Under the pieces are notes generated by a model. The model saw nothing but the letters and a program-made list of their open reading frames with translations, made no database searches and had not been told where the DNA came from. A stretch of 63,989 nt of DNA, filler included, from Dimargaris cristalligena (taxonomy: Eukaryota): NCBI GenBank assembly GCA_003614675.1. It is 5 parts of 5 records of this genome, joined end to end, with 100 filler letters (N's around TTAATTAATTAA, not from the genome) between each part and the next. Parts side by side here need not be neighbours in the genome. Positions count along the whole stretch, not along the records: positions 26,831 to 40,121 come from ML002997.1; positions 40,222 to 53,484 come from ML002998.1; 3 more parts are not named here. One strand, 5' to 3'. The translations under genes and the position numbers were made by a program. This document shows positions 37,627-49,712 of this stretch, piece after piece. Position 1 is the first letter of the stretch. Every line of letters begins with the position of its first letter.

Positions 37627-39785
37627 ATGGCCCGACTGACTTCGTTCCCTCGCTGCACGGCCTCGCTTCGCTGCCACTACCCCCGACTTACCCCTACTTT
37701 ACCCGTCCTTCATCGAGCTCCCGGGGCTCTGCCCCACCAGCTGTTGAATCCTGCAGTCTTATGCCCCGCCATTCAGTCCCGCTCCTATAGCTCCCGACCC
37801 GTCACCGCTACTTCGACTGAGGCTGGTAAGTTTTTTCCCAAATGGGTCGAGCAAGACCACCGGATCCTCTTTCAAGTCCTGAGACCAGTCGAACATGGCC
37901 CCATTCGGAGCAGCTCTCGCATTCAGTTCTTGGTCCATTTATCGCATTCCCTACCAGGGTGCCCTGTATGGGGGGCTCCACCTGGTTCAGTCCTGACCAT
38001 AACCCCCATGAAGCGCCCAGTCTAATGTCTACCCATTACGTCACTATTCTATCTTCCTTCCTGTACTCAACTCTGCGCCAACCCGATTGACTAATAGAAG
38101 CGCGTAAGAAAGTAACCGTCAACACCATTGCCAGCCTCTATCGCAAGAAATCACCCATCACCGTTCTAACCGCCTATGACTACCCCACCGGACTGCTAGT
38201 TGACCGTGGCCACTGCGACATTTGCCTGGTTGGTGACTCGCTGGCCATGGTGGCACTGGGTCTACCCAACACATCCGCTCTCACCGTTGATGTAAGTTGC
38301 CCGGTTCTAAACATATACTTACAAGTCTCCACCCCTCCTCTCCGGCACCCTTATAGCATAGCTAGCGCTCCCTCCTTCCCGGCTATTTTGTGCTCCCCTA
38401 AGACTCCGAGTGATAAATACAATGATCTCTGACCACAGTAGAACTCCTCGGGTAGTCATATTTTCATGAGCCATTACATTGACTAACCCCCCCCCTCCCA
38501 AACACCATGATCAAATTTACCCATTGATACCTGCTGCAGGATATGATCTACCATTCCAAAGCCGTGGCCCGGGGCTGTACCGCCGCCCTGAGGGTGGTTG
38601 ATATGCCGACCGGCTCATTCCAAATTTCCCCCGAGGAGGCTCTTCGGAACGCCTTTCGCCTTATGAAAGAGGGCGAAGCCGAGGTAAGTACTTTTAAATT
38701 ATAGATTGTATGTCGCCATTGGATGGCCATGCGATTACCCACACGATATAGACAATTTTCCTCCTAGAGACCCAATATTGTAAATGAATGTCCAAGGGGA
38801 TTCAGGACACTTTAATGCCTTCTAATATAAATACTATTTTTTGTGGCTATTGGGCCAATACCCCAAATTATTATTTCCGCACTGACTAGGCCGTTAAACT
38901 CGAAGGCGGAGCCGAAATGGCCGAAACGGTAAAGCGTATCACCCAGGCCGGTATCCCCGTAATGGGGCACATTGGTCTCACCCCGCAGCACGAAAACGCC
39001 TTGGGGGGATTCCGAGTTCAGGGCAAGACTGCCAAAAAGGTACATACAGTTTGCCTTCATTTTGATTCTCGCCCTATTTGCAATCTCACCTCCGATGAAA
39101 TCCTTTACGCTATGTTGGACCCAGCCTAGTCAATACAGTCCGTTATGTAAATGTTCCTTAACCTGATTATAATGACTTTATTGGCCATCTACTCCCCCTA
39201 TCACGGGTAATTATTTCGGCGTGGATCTTGTGTGGTTGATAGGCCGAAAAAATTCTCCGAGATGCCCTGGCTCTCCAGGAGGCAGGTTGTTTTTCAATGG
39301 TGGTAGAATGCGTCCCCAGTCCGGTGGCCGAAACCATCACATCCATGTTGAGCGTCCCTACCATCGGCATTGGTGCTGGCCCCAAAACCTCTGGCCAAGT
39401 TCTTGTCACCATGGACATGTTTGGCGTATTCGACCGCTTTGTCCCCAAGTAAGTGAAAAATTCCTGTACTACTTTATCGCTATAGTCCGGCTTGATCAAA
39501 ACCGTGCACCCTTAAATCGGTCATTGAATTGACTATTTTTATCCTCAAGCCATAGAATAGACCTGGATACTAATTTCCTTAAGGTTTTTGTTTTTATATA
39601 TTGACCTCGTTAGATTCTGTAAAACCTACGGTGATTTTGGCCAATCCATGACCGGTGCCATCGAGAAATTCGTCCAGGAGGTGAAAGATGGTTCGTTCCC
39701 AGACCCCGAAAGCCACACCTACGCCATGGCGTCCCCCAAGGAAGTTGAGGAATGGGCTATCGTCGTCAAAAATTTTAAGCCTTAA
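37627..39785 (+). CDS. ECM31: Ketopantoate hydroxymethyltransferase (PanB/Ecm31) with mitochondrial-presequence-like N-terminus (6 exons)
   Basis: Exons 37627-37825, 38098-38291, 38540-38683, 38890-39039, 39243-39448, 39614-39785. Motifs [40 protein letters not shown]. Arg/Ser-rich, nearly acid-free N-terminus. Confidence 0.95.
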
Positions 39786-40077
39786 TATGTATGACATTCC
39801 CTTGGAATTGTAGTTTTGTATGGTTCGGCAATGCCCCCTTTGTCCTACCGTTTTCTATATACAGTATAGCCCTCGTTTTCACCATCTAGAAATACATTCA
39901 CGTCCGAGCAGTTCGGCAGTTGTTATCAATTTATTAGTATAAATGTGAATAAAACCGGGTTGCTTTCGGCTGGGAGATTAACACCTGTTGACATCTATTA
40001 TATGGGTGAAATTCAAACCAGCTGTATAAGGTTCTATATAATGCGTGTATGGACGAATATATGTGTGAATATCTTTT

Positions 40078-40121
40078 AACCAGTAATATTGGCCTCATCC
40101 AATGGATTTTTCATTATACAG
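40078..40121 (+). repeat. Dispersed repeat copy at contig end (shared with 28-71)
   Basis: 41/44 identity to positions 28-71; the contig ends inside it. Confidence 0.85.
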
Positions 40122-40221
40122 NNNNNNNNNNNNNNNNNNNNNNNNNNNNNNNNNNNNNNNNNNNNTTAATTAATTAANNNNNNNNNNNNNNNNNNNNNNN
40201 NNNNNNNNNNNNNNNNNNNNN
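40122..40221. other. Artificial contig-joining spacer
   Basis: N44-TTAATTAATTAA-N44. Confidence 0.98.
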
Positions 40222-42480
40222 AGTTGGTTTTATTGAATTGGATAATAGCAGTAATAATGATTAGAATAAAGTCTAAGGTGTAGAATGATATAGTAATGGC
40301 TAGAATATAGTCCCAAGTATAGGACAGGCCAATCACAGAGATTGAATCAGTGGGACGGGGGAAATGAATTTCCAACAGGTACTACATAATTATTCTGCAC
40401 TTTACTCTCTCAATTACAAGAGATTAAGATAGTGATAGTGGGGGTTTAGTGTGCTGCCATGGGCAGTTGGGTAGAGGCTGTGTAAGCCCCAGTACCCATT
40501 ACTAATCCAAGAAGTAGTCATACTTTAGATAGATTCAAGGTCCCCCAGATGATTGACAAGTTATTTCCATGGGAACAGTCTGGGGCTGTGAATGTTATTT
40601 TATTTCTTTATACTAGCTGATTCTCTTTTCCTTCAGCTTTCCAAATCATATTTCCATTTGCTTTTTAGTCTATTATTGATGAAGCTATAGGTCATCAAAA
40701 TCAATAGTGATTTTAAAACCATGACAATTAACCACCTCATCACTACTTTTATGCTATTGTCAATCCTTTATGAGTAGGGCTTAGGAATAACTAGCCTCTG
40801 GTGGATTCCTTCTTGGAATTATGCTATATAGCTACTTAGCATGAATTCTTTTTCTTGGTTTTATCAATATCCAACATGAAGGAGGACTGGGAAGACTGTG
40901 TCTTCCAACCTTCCAATTTCTATATTTTACTTCTATTTAACTTATTCATAACCATAGTTTAGCCAGTAGGTCAATTTTTCCCCTATTTTTAGGTTTTTTA
41001 TGACCTACAATTATCGCAGCTTTGCTTTTAGCTATAGTTATTTAGTTTAGTTGATTTCTTATATATATCTTAGTAGTGTCCCCTCAGTTGAAGGGACAAG
41101 TTAGTTTCAAGATAAACAAATAAATATATATTTTAACTTCATCAGACAACACCAACGATTAGCCTTTTACCTAGTTTTTATTATTATTAATTATTTTATT
41201 ACCACTACTCCAATTTATTTTACCTTCATTCACTTAGTCTGAATTTATGGTATCTCCGAGTACCAAATTGATTATACTGTTTGATTATAATGTTTTCTTA
41301 TAATGGTTTTATTTTATATTTTTCTTCACAACCAATGACACAAGACAACAACATATGATATGATGGATGACCAGGAACTCAGCAGTGACTTCCCTAAGGC
41401 CACCTTGGTCTTGACCCCCTCAAACCCAGCAAAGTCCAACCCTCTGCACTATATGATGAAATATAGTGACCTATCTAGTGGAAAGAAACTGGAGGTTCCC
41501 CCTCCTACTGACTCTCCCAAAAGTAAACCAGTGGAGCCCCTTAAATTATTGGCAACACATTTAGCATAGTATACTATAGTGGTACCATCTAATTATTTTT
41601 AGATACTAATACCCTCTATTGATATTGCCCAGGTTCACCACTTTTAGTTCATCAAGAGTCCTGAGAATAGGCTTCTAATAGTAGGTGGGGCTTAGGCTCA
41701 GCCAAGTAGGCTACTAGTATTAGGTATGGGGCATAGTACTAACTAATAAAGGCTACAGTAGGTATATATAAGGGATGTGCAGTAGCATACTTACTAGTCA
41801 GTACAAGGGGAGTAAGTGTATATAGAGCTAATTGGATTAACTAAGGGGTAAGAATAAGCTAAGGAATCTAACCAGTCCCAATGGGGCCCAGTTATATATA
41901 TACAGGGATAGCTCTAGGGGGAGGTCCAAAAGGGAAGGATATTACTAAGACTAAGGTATAGGTAAATAGGCTAGTCAGATGGTTATAGGTATCCAGAAGA
42001 CTCTGAGGGTAACTGGAAGAGTCTTGTGGATTAGTACTTAAGTGATTAGTGTGACTAGGAGGAGTCTGGCTAGGGGGAAGGTTATATGATAAGTAATAAT
42101 CTTATGGTACTAAGTGTGATCATGGGAAAGCTAATATGGTGCTATATAGCCTAATATGGTTGGATGCTAAGCCAGCCAGATTAGGGTGGATTATATGGTC
42201 TGATAGGTAGGGTTGGCTTAATATATGTATACTAGTGAAATAGTATTTGGAACTCAAAAGAAATATATAGGCAGGATAGTTACTTTTGACTAGTAAAACC
42301 AATCCTATCATGCTGGTATTTTATTATATTATAGAGCTAAATTCCTCCCATATCAACTACAAGGCCAACAAATGTGCAAGTTTGTCATGCCAAATAAGTG
42401 ATCTATTCAGTTAGATGGAGAATTTCTAGTAAGTATATCCACTAAATAGTGCTGGCCTAGAGTACTCTTCTTCATTGCAC
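40222..42480. mobile_element. CpG-depleted, AT/TpA-rich decayed segment, probable degenerate repeat or TE remnant
   Basis: Only about four CG dinucleotides seen by eye in ~2.25 kb, abundant TAG/CTA/TATA, only short broken ORFs, located at a contig edge; no TE domain recognised. Confidence 0.4.
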
Positions 42481-42576
42481 AATTATAAAACCCACGGCTA
42501 TCCGGTACTACTCAGGGGCTGACTTGCGGTATGGTAATAATAAACGCAACAATCGTTAAAACAGTCTGCGGTCCCT

Positions 42577-43986
42577 TTATTTATAAATGATATGTAGGTT
42601 TGGATCTTTGCCACAGTATTCCTCCATTTCGGCTTCACTCGCATTAAGTTGGGTACAGATGGCATCGAGATGGTAGCGGCCATTGAACAAGCGCGACACA
42701 TTACTTGGGAAACACGCCGACGGATGCAGGCTTACGGGGTACTTATGGATACGATAAATGAGTTTCTTCACTTGTCCGAATATTAAAAACCGGCGAATGT
42801 CAATGTTGGCCGAAGCGATGCCCGATTTCTCCAGCCACCGGGCTACCGTAAGGCCAGGTTTTAGGTCAAAATAAAGCCGGATAGCATCATGGAAGGTGGG
42901 CGGTTTGGCTTCGGGCAAGGCTACAAAAGCGACAAACTCCTCTTGATTGACGGTTTTCCAGATGGTATCCACGACATCTGCGGTTAGGGCATAGATATTG
43001 GTAAATTTAAATATATCGGCCAGAACCACACATTCGTAGTATAGGAGGTGCTGAACACAAGACCGGACCAGTTCCAAGTCAATATTGCACTGCTCGGCAA
43101 TTTTTTTGAGATGGAAAACGCCGTTGATGCGTTCGAGTACGTTGACCAGCGTCATGTCCCACATGTTGTTGATCACCTTGGCCAGATCGGACACGAGTAC
43201 CGGTACTTCGTAGTCGTAAATGTAGGGCGGGTTCTTGAGGGTGGGAAAGAGTTTAAGGTTAAGGTCGAACCACGGCGGGTAGACCACCCGGCTTTCATTA
43301 AACTGGTTCAGGTCCAGATAAAGTTGGGCCAATATGGCCGGTAGTCGGCTCTTTTTGTGCGGGCTAACCAGAAACTCAATCCCGTGCTCCATATGCTCCA
43401 CCAGTTCGGCTATTTTGCGGATAACGGGTTCGAAGCACTCCGTCTTATCCGAGCGGCGGAAGACAAACGCGCAGTTAAAGGTTAGTTCGTTGCGGCGGTA
43501 CTGCGGCCCACTAATGGCCACCGGGTAGCCCAGAATCTTGTACTTTTCGGTGTAATAGGTGACGAACCGGCGCTTGAGCTCGGCCTGCGGAATAAGGAAA
43601 TCCGCCGCTTGATCGAAAAGGGTCAGTCCGGACCGCGAGGCTGATGAAAAAGAAGGGCCCTTAGTGAGGAGGGGGGCGGGACCGACCGCAACGAGTGATA
43701 CCATCCCTGCGTCCACCCCACCGCCACTAGGAGGCCCCGAGTCAGAATCGGTCATATGTTCGGGTATGGTGGGTAATTGGGAGGTTTCTCCACCTTCCAC
43801 GGGAGCGGGATTGGGCCGAACTGGTGGGGGTCGTCGGTTAAAAGTCTCGTCCATTGGTTTTACCGACTTTTGGGTGACAAACCCTTCCGGGATCTCGTAA
43901 CGGACCACCGGGCCAATGTCAATATCAAACTCGGCATAAAATATGCATAGAATCTGGGGGAAGCCGGTAAAGAAGGGCTTTTCCAT
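42577..43986 (-). CDS. NPR2: Nitrogen permease regulator 2 (GATOR1/SEACIT subunit NPRL2)
   Basis: IFYAEFDIDIGPVVRYEIP, YKILGYPVAI...YRRNELTFNCAFVF, LNLKLFP, WDMTL...INGV, CVQHLLYY...DIFKFTNIY, DIRRFLIFG...IYRIHKYP. Confidence 0.95.
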   Translation of the reverse strand: MEKPFFTGFPQILCIFYAEFDIDIGPVVRYEIPEGFVTQKSVKPMDETFNRRPPPVRPNPAPVEGGETSQLPTIPEHMTDSDSGPPSGGGVDAGMVSLVAVGPAPLLTKGPSFSSASRSGLTLFDQAADFLIPQAELKRRFVTYYTEKYKILGYPVAISGPQYRRNELTFNCAFVFRRSDKTECFEPVIRKIAELVEHMEHGIEFLVSPHKKSRLPAILAQLYLDLNQFNESRVVYPPWFDLNLKLFPTLKNPPYIYDYEVPVLVSDLAKVINNMWDMTLVNVLERINGVFHLKKIAEQCNIDLELVRSCVQHLLYYECVVLADIFKFTNIYALTADVVDTIWKTVNQEEFVAFVALPEAKPPTFHDAIRLYFDLKPGLTVARWLEKSGIASANIDIRRFLIFGQVKKLIYRIHKYPVSLHPSACFPSNVSRLFNGRYHLDAICTQLNASEAEMEEYCGKDPNLHIIYK

Positions 43987-44493
43987 GTTAGGAGTTGGGT
44001 ATGGCGCAGGTATAATGGAGAGATGGGGAGTATAACAGGGCGGCTGCTTTGGACTAAATAATGAGAATTAAAAGTACAAGATGCCAGAGCACATGAGTCC
44101 CACTGCAAGGGCAATTAAGTGGTATTATATTAAGAGGAATAAAGTACGAAGAGAGGGCATTGAGGGGTAAGTATCGAAGGCTCCTAAAGGGGACCTTTAG
44201 TGCGTTTCCTCGGCTAAGTAACCTAGGACTTCACGTCCTGGTTGAGCTAATGGAATTCTTAACTTTGGGTAAACTAGTCAAACGATATTTATCGTTCCTG
44301 TGTTTAGTTATGTTCCTATGAGATGGCCAGACTGTTTGAGAAGGCCTCTTATTCGTGACCAAAAAATACACCCCCCCCCCCACTTGACCTTTTCTTTAAC
44401 TAGACCCACCCTGTCTAGCCACCGTCTTCCTCATATCCCAATTTATTCTTTTGTTTTCTTTGCGATTCCCGACCAATTCCCCTCCTGCCCGCC

Positions 44494-47400
44494 ATGGATA
44501 AACCCCCGAAAACCACCAAGGCCTTGCCGCCGCAACACCGCATTGGCATCCTACAGGAACAACTAAAAAAGGCCAGCGTCCACCTCCGCAACGTCACCGA
44601 GGAGAATGAGCAATTGGCCCAGAAGGTCGATGCCTTGCAAACCGAACACCAAAAAGTGCAGACCGAGAAAGATGAGCTCCGGGACCAGGTACAGTGGCTG
44701 CAGGCCCAAATCGCCAACATGGAAGCCCGTGCCCCTCCTGCCCCAGCAGCCCCCGATGCAACATCGGTACCCGACCCGGATGCTGCGGCCGAGCCATCGA
44801 CATCCACCGCGACCTCGGCGGAGTTGGAAGCCGAAATGGGGGAGGTCCGTCAGCTAGTCACGGAACTCGCATCGTCCCTGCAGTCCATCTCTTTAGAAGG
44901 GGACAGGCCAACCGAGCCCGTTTTAGAGTCCACTGATATCGGGGACCAATTAGTCGGTATTAAACGACAGGTGGCCCACCTGATTAAGCAACACGAGGAC
45001 GGTCAGCAGTCTACCCACAGTTTCGACGAAGCCGTCGATGTCACTATGCTTGAGCTGTTGCAGTCTCAAGTAGTCAAACTCAACGAGGACCTAGTCGATA
45101 CCCGCACCCAGCTTCTCGCTCAGTTCCGGAAAGGACTCACCTATGTTTCCCAGCCTCTTCAGCCAGATGGCTCGAAAGACGAACCCTCCACCGAATGGAC
45201 CACTGACTTAGACCCCGATCTGACCCAGGCTATCAAGCAGCTACGGTCAGACTGGATCAGCCGTCTAGAGATCCAGGTAGGGGAACTTAACCAGACCCAA
45301 GATGCCCTCGCTACATTACAAACTCAACACAACGGCCTGGCCGATGCCAAAGCAAGCCTCGAGGAAGAATATCAAACCTTGTTGGGTAAACTGGGGACTA
45401 TGAAGGATGTCCTGGCAGCCAAACTCCAAAACGAAAACCGGGACCTGACCCAGGCACGGTCCGCGTTGGAGGAAGCCCGCCAGCGGGAAACTAACCTCCA
45501 AAAACAGTTGACGGATTTGCAAACGGATTACTCCGGACTGCAGGAGACCCTAGCCATGGCCCGGGCCGAACGACTGAGTCGGGAGAAGCACGCCGACGAG
45601 GCTGAACAGGCGGCCCAGCTCCGTTACCAGGACTACGAGCGCCAATTAGCCGATCACTCAAGTGAGCTCAGGCAGGTTCAACTTGCATTGGAGCAAAAAC
45701 ATCGGGACTACCAACTGCTGGAAACCGCCATTGGGGAACTACGGCATGAGCATGATTCGGTTCAAGACCGCCTGGACCACCAGGAACAGGAATGTCGTCG
45801 TTTGGCCGACGCCGAACTAATCTGGGGGAACGAAAAGGCTGCCTATGAGAAAAGTATCGAGAACCTACAGGGTGCTCTGCGGGACCTCCAAGACGGTAAG
45901 TAGTATACCAACCATCTGGACAATTGTAAACATGTGTAATCTAGATGGCCAACCCCATCTTTACAATCCAATGGAGTCTTAATGGATATAACCCTAACCT
46001 ATATTCCTACACCTTGGTGACTTACTTTGGTTATTCGGTGATCCAACACAGAAAAAGAGGAAGAACATGAAGCAGCCATGGGAGTCCTCCGACTAGAAAT
46101 ACAGGAAGCGGAACGGCAGCTAAAGATTTACAAGAGTCGCACCAAGGCGTCTGAGGTATGTTACTTAACCTTAATTCAAACCCGGGAGTTTACCTATCAC
46201 CTTAATTGGACAGAGTCGATAGACTATATGCCCATTCGCCTCTCTATTTTAATGACTGTCCGAAATACTAAACTAGCACGTTCAGCCCCTGCAACCCTGT
46301 TATCTGATATGCTAGAAATTTCTCGAGCGCACCCAAGCGGAACTGAAGACCCTTCGAAGCATGAAGCAGGATTACGAAAACCTGACCGAACTGGTTGGAA
46401 AACTAAAACATGAAGGTAGCCTACTATTACAATCTCCTAAATATTACGTTATATATGGCATGGGACTGCTATTACCCACTGGATATACCCCATATCGAGA
46501 TCCAACAACGCCTTTGTTGCGGAGGATGGAAAATAAGCCACTCATGCGGCCTCATATTTTAGAGTGTGGCCTTCGGCTATTAAACGACGATGTGTATGCC
46601 ATTACTTTTACTTTACGGTATCTATTACACAAATGTACCACCCTAGTCGCTATCCAGCGCGAGGATTTGGCCGACAGCATGAAGAAGATTCGGGAACTCA
46701 ATGTGCAGGATAATGTTGACCGGTAAGTCCCTTCATTGAGACTACTATTAGAATGCACCCACCGGATGGCCTTATTTACCCGTTGGTGTGACCTAATGAC
46801 GGTTCGTCTGGATTACCACGCGAATAACGATTTCGTTCATTATCCGCTAACCATGCACTACTGTGTTTGCTTCCTTGAATCTCCTGTTTTATTCTCTAGG
46901 CGAGTGATCACCAACCTAATAGTGACCTTTTTGGAGTTACCCTACGGAGATACCAAACGGTTTGAAGTATTACAGCTAATGAGTAACATTCTTAAGTTCA
47001 CCAGTGAACAGCAGGAACAGGTAAGTTGCCGCATAATTACACCAAAGGTGGATGCCAGGCCCTACCCGTACAATCCAGTGTACTGATGGTTATAATGGCC
47101 ATCAAAACCGACATGTGCTGTGTAGTGAAGCTCATATTTAAAACCACTCACAGCATCAATCTCACATATATTCCATATTTCACTATTTATATAACACCGC
47201 GCATTATATCTCCTAACCTGCTTAGGTTGGCTTGATCCGTAAATCATTGAAAGCTGACCCCAACCAGGATGAACACGGGCCCACGGACGAGGTAAATATG
47301 CTAGCCGAAATATTTCGATTTTTAATTAGCTATCGGGCATTCAAATCCAACCTAATTAATCTATATTATGAGAGACTGTGGCCATAAGGGGGAATGTTCC

Positions 47401-47611
47401 TAGTCTTACAGTTATCCCCAACACGCACCCATTCAACATGTGCTTCCATTTCTTAATTAAAAAATATAACGTGGTCTTTTAATGTATTTGTCATCGCAAC
47501 CTTCCCGCACTCTAGAGCTTTTCCGACCGCTGGATTTCCTTCCTACTCAAAGAATCTAACACTGAGCGGCGACAATCCGCTCTAGCAGGGCATAAAACTT
47601 TAAACCTTTAA
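44494..47611 (+). CDS. RUD3: Coiled-coil golgin with C-terminal GRAB domain (Rud3/GMAP-210-like), 7 exons
   Basis: Exons 44494-45895, 46052-46155, 46316-46415, 46647-46722, 46900-47020, 47226-47291, 47516-47611. Long coiled coil; NVDRRVITNLIVTFL...KRFEVLQLMSNILKFTSEQQEQVGL and terminal SFSDRWISFLLKES. Confidence 0.85.
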
Positions 47612-48034
47612 CGGGTACCCTGTATCGGAAACACAGGCTGTTGTATTCTAGGATAGCGTTTTTTGGCTTGACATATACTCTTCCTTGCTTTTATAATATC
47701 CAGGCACTTATTGCTTTATATCGAGTGTTCATGGCGTGTTTTATAAATTTATTTGCATAACAAATTGTAGGATTCCAAACCATGGCCATCCCAATGTAAT
47801 GTTTCCGTCGCTGAAAGGGGCAGCTGTTGAGTGTGAGTACGTACGAGCGTAAATAACTAAGGAAAAGTGATTTATTTAATAATACTGAAAAATGAGAGCG
47901 CGAGGTGTATGTCCGGTGATTGTAAAATAACATGAAGCGAGTAGGATCGTAGTTATCTAGGGTTTCTATTGGGGCAGACCGGTGGTTCGTTTTATACTGG
48001 TCAATTGCCGGACCCGCCGGCACTTATGTGGTCT

Positions 48035-48364
48035 TTAGCCCAGGGCCCGATTATCAAGAGGGGTCATGGTTTTGGTGCTCTTGGGGGATCGGATAGAACC
48101 TTCTGGTATTGTACCGAGTGTTACTGCGGCAAGGTTAACCTCGGTTGGTATCCTTGTAGTATCATCGGGAGTATCGGTGGCTATGGGTGGACTAGGACTC
48201 TGAGTCGGCCTAGTAGGGACCACAGCTGCACGGGGCGGTTGGCCGGTGTCGGACCCCCTCGGCGGTGCAGCTTCAACACAACCATTCCTCATGGGCATAA
48301 GCGACGCATTACCGTCGATGGTGGGGACTGGTTTACTAACCGCTGTGTTGGGTTTGGGCGACAT
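48035..48364 (-). CDS. Possible small Pro/Thr-rich hypothetical protein
   Basis: ATG-initiated 109-aa GC-rich ORF (MSPKPNTAVSKP...) in AT-rich surroundings; minus-strand TATAAATA near 49455; no homology recognised. Confidence 0.25.
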   Translation of the reverse strand: MSPKPNTAVSKPVPTIDGNASLMPMRNGCVEAAPPRGSDTGQPPRAAVVPTRPTQSPSPPIATDTPDDTTRIPTEVNLAAVTLGTIPEGSIRSPKSTKTMTPLDNRALG

Positions 48365-49712
48365 GGTGAGGGGTTTTAAACTGTGGTTAGGAAACAATGC
48401 ATGTACACCAGATATTGTTTTATGATAGAATAGAAAACCTAGTGGTACTTAATACCTCGTCAAGTAGCAATGCTAGAGAAATTATCTAAAAATAAATCCC
48501 GAATTCGTTGATAAAATGTAACCTCAAGCACCGAATACAATTCACATGAAAATAACCCTGGGGGTCGATATTGCTTTGACTCACCATTATTGACTAAGAG
48601 ACACAGTTATCGGCAACTGATTAATCTACAGTAGGCCGATGGCAATGGATCAAGTAACCCATGATATAAAAGTATATTCGCCCAAACATGCCGCAATATT
48701 AAGCACTCGTAAAAGACGTATCAAAGTAAAGGGATGTTTATCGGAGAAACTCAATGCAACTGAAATGGAATCACCATATACTCTCAGGGTTCTTTTCAAA
48801 ATACGTATATATCATTTAAATGTTATTCAAAATGGTGTACATTCGTATCAAAACTTCCCAGTTTATAGAATAAGTCACAATGTGTATTTAATAATTTGAA
48901 GAGCTGCATTAGCCCTACAGATTTCCCTTATTCACGGGCGAGGGTTGGCAGACCAACCCTAAACTGACCCATATTGCCTTAATTACGGGTTTGGATCATT
49001 TACCCTATTGTATTTGTTACCATTTTTTCCTGGACCTGGCTGTAATCTGGGCGGTCATTTAGTAAGTTCTCTCAAACTACTCAGGCATTACGTGCCAGTA
49101 CTATTCGACCTTTCGTTCTACGTCAAGAGTCCCCAATCGTATTATGGAATACTGCAGTCTGATGCGTAATGGAGCCTGTGGGGGTACGGGGTTATTGTGG
49201 GAGCTCGGGAGAAACGGGGGCACGGGAGGCGGAAAGGTTTCCTACCACCAATGGTATAGATAATCGACGCTTGGAAAATACAAAATAATAATGGTATTCG
49301 GAGGACACTAGACGACACTAGGAACAACACTATTAACACTAAAAATAAAAACAGGACACGGGAGAGACAACTAAACACTAGTATTGGACAATACTCAACG
49401 AGGCTTGAGGATACACTGGTCTACTTTATTTTCGATTTGGTAGTTCGGCTGGTATTTATACCGTAATGGTGAGTGCAAGAGTCACTAAGTATATGCCGGT
49501 AATAGTTTAGGTGGCTCAGAATGAGCAATCCGAATACAATCGGTTATCGGATCAATAAATCATTGACAATGGCAAACCAACCGAGGTTATGGTCGTCATG
49601 CCGGGTAAATCAGGGTGGGCTTCTGTGTCCGGCTATTGTATTATCGTCTCCGATATATTGATAAAGTACACCATGCATAGCAGTAGGGGTTGGAAACGGA
49701 TCCCCAGGATAG

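Noticed and set aside
28060..39785. PYC, LMW-PTP and ECM31 as a metabolic gene cluster
   Set aside because: Unrelated housekeeping functions, long intergenic gaps, and no shared motif seen
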